Shown: positions 17,773-25,871 of the stretch, piece after piece
Position numbering within the stretch: the stretch's first letter is position 1
Layout: each line of letters starts with the position of its first letter
DNA from: an uncultured delta proteobacterium
Lineage (GTDB): Bacteria; Bdellovibrionota; FAC87; UBA2466
Assembly (NCBI GenBank): GCA_963778115.1
Contig: CAVZSV010000004.1
Coordinates: 640,001 to 704,000, forward strand
Direction: 5' to 3'
Length of the DNA stretch: 64,000 bases
Position numbers and translations under genes: made by a program
Notes under the pieces: generated by a model
What the model saw: the letters and a program-made list of their open reading frames with translations, nothing else
What the model was told of the DNA's origin: nothing
The model's database searches: none

Positions 17773-18477
17773 GTGGGCGTGGTGCGGTGGGCTATACATT
17801 CCAAGGCTAATTCTAAGCTAACGCGACAGGACCGCCTCGAGGTTCGTTACCGGGTCTTTTCGGGTTCCGAGGACGTGAATCGTTTGGAGAGCTGCCAGAA
17901 ATTGAAGGCAGAGGTTTTTGTGAAAGAGCAAGGATGGCAGCTTCCAATCGAGGGCGATCGTTGCTCAACCAGCCTATCTGACCTACGAGCCATATTCGTC
18001 TTGGCTGAAACTCCCGAGGGGGAACCCGTTGGGATGATGCGTGGTGAACTTTGTGAATCACAATCCATTCCCCACCGCGAGTGGTTTCAGGCGCATTCTG
18101 CGGTTCTGCCAGGGACGATCGGATACATAAGTTCTGTTTGCGTGCTCCGGAGGTTTCGCGGCGTTAGAAGCTTCGGGACCGATGGTGCGCTACAGAACAT
18201 TACCGCGATGATGCTTGCAAGTATGAAGCAAGCCCTTGTGCCAAGTGGTGCAGAACTAATCGTAATGTGCACTGCCACCGCCGCTCTCACTGTTGTTTCT
18301 AGGAAGAATGGCTTTCGACTAATTGACCCCCCGTTCAAAGCAATGCGACCAGTTTACGAGCTAATTAATCTAGCTTGGAGCCCTGAAAAACAGTTAAGCG
18401 CCTACCTGAACCAACGAGAGAAGAAAATTCTTTCTTCTCTTTCCATGGACGAAGTGCTCAACGGTCTCACATTCTGA
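17773..18477 (+). CDS. GNAT-fold acyltransferase, LuxI/N-acyl amino acid synthase-like
   Basis: LKAEVFVKEQGW...PVGMMR; ISSVCVLRRFRG; NGFR. Confidence 0.65.
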   Translation: MGVVRWAIHSKANSKLTRQDRLEVRYRVFSGSEDVNRLESCQKLKAEVFVKEQGWQLPIEGDRCSTSLSDLRAIFVLAETPEGEPVGMMRGELCESQSIPHREWFQAHSAVLPGTIGYISSVCVLRRFRGVRSFGTDGALQNITAMMLASMKQALVPSGAELIVMCTATAALTVVSRKNGFRLIDPPFKAMRPVYELINLAWSPEKQLSAYLNQREKKILSSLSMDEVLNGLTF

Positions 18478-18561
18478 GTCGAGCCTCTCACGAGCGATAC
18501 CTGAGAGGCACCAGACTTTTTCAGGACACTTTTATTCAAAAACCGATCGGGTTCATGGTTT

Positions 18562-18722
18562 GGTGTGGGGCAGATGCGTGGGAAGAATGGCGAGAGCTGC
18601 TTAACGATGTTCACTAGTGCTTAGAGAATCTCATTCGTTTATCGACGATAAAATCATTCTGGCGTTGATTTTATTAGGTTTTTAAAATTGGAGTTTGTGG
18701 GTTCGATCCCCCCCCACCTCCA
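18562..18722 (+). repeat. Islet right-end module 4 plus slightly degenerate ssrA 3' copy
   Basis: Arm pair 18563-18584, two GCTTA 20-mers, TTTATCGACGATAAA 18638-18652, GGGTTCGATCCCCCCCCACCTCCA 18699-18722. Confidence 0.88.
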
Positions 18723-19312
18723 TTCATTTTCGCGAAGCGAAAATGAATCCTTAACGATTAATCTTAAGATTAATATTAACAATATCAGCGGTGTAGCCGC
18801 TCTGGCGATTTCCCCTTTCTGCCCGCCGAGAAGCAACAGCTGAGTCCACCGGTACGGATTTGGTGCGGGAAACCTATTTCTTGTCGAGGGTTTTGCTCAT
18901 GACGACGATTGGAAAACTGGCGAAGAACGCGTGGGTAGGAGTTGGAGACAATCCGCTTCTACGAACGGAAGGGGATAATCAAGCTAGTCGGATCAAACCG
19001 GAATATCAATCTTAGTACGCCATGGGAACCTCTAGGGCGCAAATTTCTGATTGGTGAACTCTCCACCAGTGGGCTCCTCACATTATAAGCCGCTAGGAAG
19101 GATTGTTTGTTTTTCTGCCTTATCGCTACGGAGGCCTCTTCAAGAGGGGGATAGACAACCCTTTTGGAAATCAGCTCGTTTAGTGGGAGCTTTACTTGCC
19201 AAAAAATGTGCCTAGGCTTTCAAGCCTTAGGCCAAAAACTTATGCGTAATACCACACAACATGTAGATCAATCTGCGCCGCCGAACTAAGATACTGAGCA
19301 GGAGACACCAAA

Positions 19313-19792
19313 ATGCTGAAAGCCTATGCCTGCATCTGGTCCAACAAGAGTGCTGCCGAGATGGTCAAGTTCTACAAGTCGGTCTTCAAAGGCACCAAGG
19401 TAGGGAAATACGCTTATTGGGGAAAAAACCCCCTGGGCGTTAAAGAGGGCTCGGTACTCACCGCGCACATCACGATCTTGGGCCAAAAGCTCATGCTCTT
19501 AAATGGGCACATGGACGTTCCCTTCAATGAATCCATCTCATTCGTCGTACCCTGTAAGACCCAGCGCGAGATCGATACGTATTGGAAGAAGCTGACCTCC
19601 GACGGCGGCAAGGCTGTGCAATGTGGCTGGGTGATCGACAAGTACGGAGTCCGCTGGCAGATCACTCCCGCCGCATTCGACCGCTGGAATACGACTCACA
19701 ACAAGAAAAAGAAGCAAGCCATGATGAGCGAGATGTGGAAGATGAAGAAGCTCGACATCAAGAAACTCAAAGCGGCTTTTGACAACGCTTAG
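19313..19792 (+). CDS. VOC/PhnB-like family protein
   Basis: FNESISFVVPCKTQREIDTYWKKL, QCGWVIDKYGVRWQI. Confidence 0.9.
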   Translation: MLKAYACIWSNKSAAEMVKFYKSVFKGTKVGKYAYWGKNPLGVKEGSVLTAHITILGQKLMLLNGHMDVPFNESISFVVPCKTQREIDTYWKKLTSDGGKAVQCGWVIDKYGVRWQITPAAFDRWNTTHNKKKKQAMMSEMWKMKKLDIKKLKAAFDNA

Positions 19793-19815
19793 TTGTCCGA
19801 CCAAATGGTACGTTG

Positions 19816-20286
19816 CTACTGAACAAGGTAGGCTTCGAAACTCGTTTTCGCGGACTGATCTGGTAGGTCGATAAAACCCCGCACTCTAGTAGGAGCGGTT
19901 TCGTCCAATACCAAAGTCACTTGAACGTCGGCGGTGACCGATTGCGCTCCGATCATAAGATCAGTCGTTCCGTCGAAATAATAATCCCGATCTCCCGTCT
20001 CCCCTTTGTTTTCCAAAACAGCGACACTTGCCAACTTCACGTTGAGGCTATTGCCTTCGGAACCGGTCACCACAAGCGAACCATTCTCTACTTCGCATCT
20101 TGTGATGCTCGTCTGCGAGGCCGAATCGTCCGCACACTTGGTCAGGCTGCCTCCGAAAATTTCGAGCGGATGCCGATCGGTAGCACTTGAAAACGCGAGC
20201 CCTTTAAAATGGCCGATATCAGCGGGCTGAGCGGCAATGAGTGAACGTCCAAACAATAAAGCCGTGAGAAGTAGTGTGTATTTCAT
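19816..20286 (-). CDS. Hypothetical exported protein
   Basis: Signal peptide MKYTLLLTALLFGRSLIA. Confidence 0.65.
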   Translation of the reverse strand: MKYTLLLTALLFGRSLIAAQPADIGHFKGLAFSSATDRHPLEIFGGSLTKCADDSASQTSITRCEVENGSLVVTGSEGNSLNVKLASVAVLENKGETGDRDYYFDGTTDLMIGAQSVTADVQVTLVLDETAPTRVRGFIDLPDQSAKTSFEAYLVQ

Positions 20287-20395
20287 AATTTTTTAGAGTC
20301 TAAAGGCAACGTTGCCATGAAGGCACGTCATGGAGCGTTAGCGGGAAAGGAGAGGGGGGAAACGTGTCGGGGAAACGTGTCACTCTCCTATTGGG

Positions 20396-21887
20396 CTAAG
20401 GATCATACATATCTTTTCTTGCCTTTCTCTGTGAAATTTGATCAATCATTTAGATGAGTAATACTCTTGAACCTAAGTTTTTTTCGTCCATGTCGAATGA
20501 GTTCGCTGGGGCTAATTTTGGCGATCTGCGACTCACCCGGAGGTTAATGGACATGTCTGACGGTATCGCCCAAGATCCTAAAGAGACCTTACCCAAGCTT
20601 TTAGGAGAAGGAGCTGGAATTGAGGGAGGTTACCGTTTTCTGCGTAATCCCCGTGTGAATTTGGAGTCGATTTTAGCATCCCATTTTGAGCAGACGGTTT
20701 TGCGAGCGAAACTGGAAAAGGAAGTTCTGGTTCTCCACGATACGACTGAGTTCAAATTTCCTTCCAAACGTAAGGGGCTAGGTTTGCTCAGTGGTAGTCG
20801 CTCCGCGGGAGACGGTTTCTACGGGCATTTTTCCTTAGTTGTGGGATCTTGTTTGCATCGACCTCTTGGGGTTGTGGCGGTTGAGCCAATGATTAAGCTG
20901 AAGAAGAAAGGCTATCAAAGCCCGTCCAAAGCCCGTCCAAAGCGCGACAAGATCCGACGAGAAAGTCTCTGCGTTGGATGCGAGGAATTGTGGCCAGCGA
21001 ATCGAGATTGGGCTTCGCAGCGAAACCTATTCACGTGATGGACCGTGAGGCAGATTTCTTCGAGTTACTTTCTGAACTAAAAGATTCATCTGGTCGCTGC
21101 GTGATTCGAGTCTGCCGAGATCGTTTGGTTACAGACGAAAACCTAGAAGAAGGAGTGAGCCTTTACAGCTCACTCGAGAGCGCTCCGGTAAAGCTTCAAC
21201 GAGAAGTCCGAGTTGGAACAAGAGCACAAAGTCCCTTACCTCAAAACAGAAAAGACTACCCCGCTCGTCAGCAACGAACCGCCATGTTATCGGCGACAGC
21301 GGCAAGGGTGGAGCTAATACGAGGTCACCATCATGGAGCAAGATTAAATAAGACTGTGACACTCAACGTTGTCCACGTCTTTGAGTCCAATCCGCCGGAG
21401 GGAACAGAGCCGATTGATTGGAAATTACTCACTACCGAGTCTACCAATACGCCCGCGGATATCGAAAAGGTGATCGATATCTATCGAGCCAGATGGCTTA
21501 TCGAAGAATATTTTAAGGCGATCAAAACTGGATGTGCCTTTGAAGAACGGCAACTCGAATCGAAAGATACCATTTTCAATGCCTTGGCGATCTTTATCCC
21601 AATCGCCTGGCGAATGCTGCTCTTGCGAGCGGAAGCCAGGCAACGGCCACTCACTCCGGCGACAGTAGTGTTAACCCCGACTCAAATATCGGTTCTCCGA
21701 GCGGTCTCAAAAACTCCCATCCCAGAAAATCCTACGGTCGCAGAAGCAATTTCAGCCGTTGCGAGGCTCGGCGGCCACCTTAAGCAGAATGGCCCGCCAG
21801 GTTGGAAAATACTAGGAAAGGGCCTCACAGAACTATTGACTCTAGAAAAAGGGTGGCTCGCTAAAGAAAGATGTGATCAATGATTAG
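20396..21887 (+). mobile_element. IS4-family (IS50/Tn5-like) insertion sequence
   Basis: 19-bp ends CTAAGGATCATACATATCT and (reverse complement) CTAATCATTGATCACATCT resemble IS50 ends; encloses a transposase. Confidence 0.8.
20454..21883 (+). pseudogene. IS4-family transposase disrupted by an 11-bp tandem duplication
   Basis: FGDLRLTRRL, HDTTEF, VMDREADF, YRARWLIEEYFKAIKTG; removing one CAAAGCCCGTC unit (20916-20937) fuses the two ORFs. Confidence 0.88.
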
Positions 21888-21909
21888 CCCGCAAGGAGAG
21901 TGACACCTT

Positions 21910-22908
21910 CTAATTCCACATATCGCGAGTCTTTTGAATGGCGTTCTTAACAATGAGATAAGGGTCTTTGAAAGGAAGCCGAGCCAGCCGAATGCCACCA
22001 CCATTGGGTTCCACGAACGGCTCTGTCGCCTGCATAATTTCGATGGTGACCGAGGTTAGCCCCACTTTCTTGATAAGGCCAAGATAGTCGTTCCACGGGA
22101 TCCAGCTATGTTCGACGTCCCCTCGACTGGGGGCCGAGACCTGCGCATATAGAAAAAAACCGTCATCGTTAAGACCGGTCACATACTTAGTATAATTTTC
22201 AGGCCCAGCGCCGTCGATCACTTCATGACTGCTATCCATACACAATCCGAAATAAGCTTTGCGATCTACCCGCCTAATAAAATCATCCGCCTCTTCAATT
22301 GTGTTTAAACCATGCATCTCATGGCGGTGGAGAGGTTCCAGCGCCAATTTCACGTCCTTGGATTTCGCGTAATCTGCCACGATCTGAATGCTCTTTACCG
22401 CTTCTGCTAATTTCGGCGCTAAATACTTCTGATGAAGTTCGACCGTGGAGGCGGTGTTGTAGAAGGCACCCCAAGGCAGCACAATGGGGCCCGCCATAAT
22501 GTTAGCGTGAGCCGCCACCGCACAGTCGATTCGAGACTTTAGATATTCAATGCCGGCTTTTCTTCTCGTCGCTGCAGGTGTCTTTGACAGTCCGTCCGTG
22601 TCCGTCGCACTGGGATCCCGTTCCACATCTACCGCCACATTGAGACCGGCGGGATAGTTGTTTGCTTGGATATAAGCACCCAACCTTACGCAATCGGCCA
22701 TCGTGGAGATAGTACCCGGAAGTTCAAATCCTTGAGCCCCTTGCGCCACCAGTTTTTTTAAGTCATCTACGTTAATCTGATCAAGATGGGCGCTTAAAAT
22801 AAAACCGTTCTGCATCACCGTTAGTCCCGAGCCAGCGGCCCCGGCAGAGGACTCTTGGATGAATAAAGACAATAAAAAGACCGGGAACACATACAAACAT
22901 TTTTTCAT
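21910..22908 (-). CDS. Sugar phosphate isomerase/epimerase (D-tagatose 3-epimerase-like) with signal peptide
   Basis: LALEPLHRHE, MDSSHE, SRG, TIEI motifs. Confidence 0.8.
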   Translation of the reverse strand: MKKCLYVFPVFLLSLFIQESSAGAAGSGLTVMQNGFILSAHLDQINVDDLKKLVAQGAQGFELPGTISTMADCVRLGAYIQANNYPAGLNVAVDVERDPSATDTDGLSKTPAATRRKAGIEYLKSRIDCAVAAHANIMAGPIVLPWGAFYNTASTVELHQKYLAPKLAEAVKSIQIVADYAKSKDVKLALEPLHRHEMHGLNTIEEADDFIRRVDRKAYFGLCMDSSHEVIDGAGPENYTKYVTGLNDDGFFLYAQVSAPSRGDVEHSWIPWNDYLGLIKKVGLTSVTIEIMQATEPFVEPNGGGIRLARLPFKDPYLIVKNAIQKTRDMWN

Positions 22909-23153
22909 CGGCTTGTCCTTTCGTTGGCACTCACATTAACTAGGCGTACCAATTATCTTACGGCTGTGGCGTGTCAATTTATTTTTTAAAAAATTTAAAA
23001 AAACAGAAGTAGTGGGTATCACGTTCAATCAAAGTAAAACGGGTCAACTAGCCTTCTTTGAGAGAGCTTCACAACTAAATCCGCCACTCAGCGGATAGCC
23101 AATTTATCAATAGTCTTGTATACCAGTGGCTTCAATCGCACGGTGAGGACCCT

Positions 23154-23852
23154 ATGAAGCATAGAGTGGTAGACCAAGAAGAATGGTTAAAATCGAGCGC
23201 CCGCTTTCTCAAGAAGGAAAAAGAGCTCACCAAGAAACGAGACGCTCTTGCGAAACAGCGTCGCCAGCTCCCCTGGATGTTAATCAAGAAACCTTATACT
23301 TTCGATACTCCCACGGGAAAGAAATCTTTCGCGGATCTCTTTGAAGGACGAAGCCAACTATTCGTCCAACACTTTATGTTCGGCTCCGACTGGAAAGAGG
23401 GCTGTCCTGGTTGTTCCTTTGAAGCCGATCACATCGGAGCCACGTTGAGTCACCTAGCCCAACGGGATGTGACCTTCGTCGCTATTTCACGAGCCCCCAT
23501 CAAGATGATTGAAGCCTTTAAGAAACGTATGGGTTGGAATTTCAATTGGGTATCTTCAGGCAATAGTGACTTTAATTTCGACTTTAACGTCTCTTTTGCT
23601 AAGCCAAAGGGTGAAGAGAAGATCTACTACAACTTTGCGAAATCCGAGTACCATACCGACGAATTGCCGGGAAACTCCGTTTTCTACAAGGACAAAAAAG
23701 GGCGTATCTTTCGTACTTACTCGTCCTACGCCCGGGGCTGTGAGATTCTCATTGGAACTTATATGATGTTAGATCTCATGCCCAAAGGACGCGACGAAGA
23801 CAACTTCAAGGTGCATCCCATGGAATGGGTTCGGCATCATGACAAGTACTAG
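23154..23852 (+). CDS. DUF899 thioredoxin-like protein
   Basis: LFEGRSQLFVQHFMF, GCPGCSF, WVRHHDKY. Confidence 0.92.
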   Translation: MKHRVVDQEEWLKSSARFLKKEKELTKKRDALAKQRRQLPWMLIKKPYTFDTPTGKKSFADLFEGRSQLFVQHFMFGSDWKEGCPGCSFEADHIGATLSHLAQRDVTFVAISRAPIKMIEAFKKRMGWNFNWVSSGNSDFNFDFNVSFAKPKGEEKIYYNFAKSEYHTDELPGNSVFYKDKKGRIFRTYSSYARGCEILIGTYMMLDLMPKGRDEDNFKVHPMEWVRHHDKY

Positions 23853-23855
23853 ATC

Positions 23856-24239
23856 TTAAGAGTTTGCAATCTGAAGCCTTAATCGCTCCAAGGCCTCTTT
23901 GAGGTTGTTAGTAGCGCCTGTGACTTTCTCGCAAACATCCAAAGCGAACTGGGCTGCCTCTTTTGATATCTCTTTGCGATCCAAAGCACCCAGCACCGAA
24001 TAGACCTCCGAACGAAGAGCGTCGTGAACGAGATCTCGGTAATCTTCCTCCTTCGGTGCCTCAACTTCGATCGCAACACACCTATTTTCACAGCTGTGAA
24101 TTTGCATTTCGGCTAGGGCATCCCCATGAGACTGCTCGACAATTGACGGGCTATTAGAATGAAAATGATTCCTGATACGACGGTAAGAAGCAAGTTTCGA
24201 CTTTTCGCTCCCACAACAAACGTAGGAATCGCGGCCCAC
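23856..24239 (-). CDS. Hypothetical protein (true start probably internal, near MQIHS)
   Basis: Helical C-terminal ORF following azlD; 5' part overlaps azlD. Confidence 0.4.
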   Translation of the reverse strand: MGRDSYVCCGSEKSKLASYRRIRNHFHSNSPSIVEQSHGDALAEMQIHSCENRCVAIEVEAPKEEDYRDLVHDALRSEVYSVLGALDRKEISKEAAQFALDVCEKVTGATNNLKEALERLRLQIANS

Positions 24240-24454
24240 AGATAAAGGTTCTTGGGACTAAGATCCACGTGATCGCCTCGCCAAAACAGTTCGGTAAAGA
24301 GTAGCGCACTTACCACTGCAATGGGAATTTGCTGCATCCATTTCATTAAAATGGGTGACAGTGTCACTTTTCCCGTTACAAAAAGAGGAAGGACACGAAG
24401 CAATAGCGTCCCGACACCGATGATAAGTACCGTCGATAGTGCATCCGAAGGCAT
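24113..24454 (-). CDS. azlD: AzlD-family exporter small subunit
   Basis: GTLLLRVLP, IPIAVVSAL, SRNLLLTVVSG; coupled to azlC. Confidence 0.85.
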   Translation of the reverse strand: MPSDALSTVLIIGVGTLLLRVLPLFVTGKVTLSPILMKWMQQIPIAVVSALLFTELFWRGDHVDLSPKNLYLWAAIPTFVVGAKSRNLLLTVVSGIIFILIARQLSSSLMGMP

Positions 24455-25134
24455 TATTTTCCTCCCGGGAACGCAAGGCCCGCGAAGGAAGCGATTAAGG
24501 TGGCTACAATGATTGCTACGGAAGCCCATCCTATTTCGTGAAAAACTAAAACCAGGACTCCGCTGATGAGAGCGATTAGAGCACCTCTCCAACTATTTAG
24601 CTGAAGGACCAGTAAGGCTATAAACATCGGGGCCAAGACAAAATCTAAACCGACCGCTTTGACATCGGGGATCGTGGAGCCAGCCACATAACCCACGGTG
24701 GTCCCCAGACAATGGGCGAAGTGACAAACTACATTCGTAGCAAGGGCTGGAGCCATCACCACCCCTTTTTGTTTCCATTGAGTCGCGTGAAGAGCAAAAG
24801 TTTCGTCGGTAATTTCACTTCCGAAGAGGAACTTAGCCAACTTCTTCCATTTCGAAATATAGGGAGCTAAAGCGATAGACCAAATCGAAAGTCGTAGGTT
24901 CATCAGTAGAAGCGTCAGCACCGTCGTGATTACGGGACTCCCATCGACTAGCAGCGGGATAACGACCATCTGGGACGATCCGCCAAACATAAGGACCGAC
25001 ATAACCACGGCTAGTCCTAGCGAAAGGCCCGCGATTTTCGCCGAAATGCCGATGACTATGGAAAAGGTAAAGTAGACCAAAATGATCGGAGCGGCGGCTA
25101 GAACCGCTCTGACAGACCGAGATCGCAGGTTCAC
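24454..25134 (-). CDS. azlC: AzlC-family exporter permease
   Basis: MSVLMFGGSSQ, MNLR, ITDETFA, GLDF motifs. Confidence 0.9.
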   Translation of the reverse strand: MNLRSRSVRAVLAAAPIILVYFTFSIVIGISAKIAGLSLGLAVVMSVLMFGGSSQMVVIPLLVDGSPVITTVLTLLLMNLRLSIWSIALAPYISKWKKLAKFLFGSEITDETFALHATQWKQKGVVMAPALATNVVCHFAHCLGTTVGYVAGSTIPDVKAVGLDFVLAPMFIALLVLQLNSWRGALIALISGVLVLVFHEIGWASVAIIVATLIASFAGLAFPGGK

Positions 25135-25862
25135 TTCTCACATACCAAAAAAATACTGGCACACAGGTCAGGGTACTGCATGCCCAGCTGGTAGCATCCT
25201 TCCATATAGCCATCGCTAATGACATCGCCGCCCAGCAAAGCCTCAAATTGGTAATTGGCCAAGCCCTTAAAAAAAACTCCTCCTCGCTGGACGATTTTAA
25301 GTCCCGCGGCGAGTGCGTCTCTTTCTAAAGTATCAAAACTATAGACCCTACGGTGGCCATGTTTCACATCAGCTTCGGTGAGTGCCGTGTTATGAGCGAG
25401 CAAACCCATTTTTACAGCGATTTGGCGAGAAGGGGCATTGGCGTTGGGAACGGCAAGAAAGGCCCTACCCCGGTCAGACAGTAACTCTCTGGCCTTTTTC
25501 AAAACAGTGATCGGATCGTCCAGATGTTCCAGAACATGGGTCAAAAAGACGGCGTCAAACCGCTCGGTCAAATCCAATGTCTCAAAAAGACTACTAATGA
25601 ACTTTACCTGGGGGCCCACTCGACGCCGGGCATGAGCGATAAACTCCTCGGCGGCGTCCACGACTGTGAGTCTTTCGAAGAGTCTTTCCAAAAGCTGAGT
25701 GAATTCTCCTTGGAAACATCCCATCTCAAGGGCGTTATTGCCCCGAAAATAGGGGGCAAAGGAACGTAGCATGTAACCACGCATGAGAATATCGAACTTA
25801 TGAACATCGTACTTGGCGGCAATTCGATTTAAATTTTCAAATTCTTCTCTCGTGAAATCCAT
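25131..25862 (-). CDS. Class I SAM-dependent methyltransferase
   Basis: ALEMGCFQG, HVLEHLDDP, AVPNANAPSRQIAVKMG. Confidence 0.88.
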   Translation of the reverse strand: MDFTREEFENLNRIAAKYDVHKFDILMRGYMLRSFAPYFRGNNALEMGCFQGEFTQLLERLFERLTVVDAAEEFIAHARRRVGPQVKFISSLFETLDLTERFDAVFLTHVLEHLDDPITVLKKARELLSDRGRAFLAVPNANAPSRQIAVKMGLLAHNTALTEADVKHGHRRVYSFDTLERDALAAGLKIVQRGGVFFKGLANYQFEALLGGDVISDGYMEGCYQLGMQYPDLCASIFLVCEK

Positions 25863-25871
25863 AAAGACCTT

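Larger units (their letters stand above)
15848..18722. mobile_element. tmRNA islet 4 (2875 bp, no integrase)
   Basis: Between ssrA 3' copies; arm pairs at 15958-15979 and 18563-18584. Confidence 0.8.

Noticed and set aside
7041..18722. Repeated 20-24 bp sequence as a CRISPR array
   Set aside because: The spacing is kilobases and gene-filled, the repeat is the tmRNA 3' end, and no cas genes are present.
10891..18722. The GGGTTCGATTCCC copies as separate tRNA genes
   Set aside because: Only the T arm and 3' acceptor strand are present; I find no matching 5' acceptor, D or anticodon arms upstream.
7061..18722. Classical integron with attC sites
   Set aside because: No intI, no RYYYAAC...GTTRRRY attC structure seen, and the genes have their own promoters and mixed orientations.
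7061..18722. Prophage or integrase remnant in the array
   Set aside because: No ORF shows tyrosine or serine recombinase motifs or phage structural features; very short decayed fragments cannot be excluded by eye.
20454..21883. Programmed frameshift in the transposase
   Set aside because: IS50-like transposases are single ORFs and the break is fully explained by the 11-bp duplication.
20396..21887. The IS as mobiliser of the tmRNA islets
   Set aside because: Its ends share no similarity with the islet ends, and DDE transposition does not explain T-loop-centred direct repeats.
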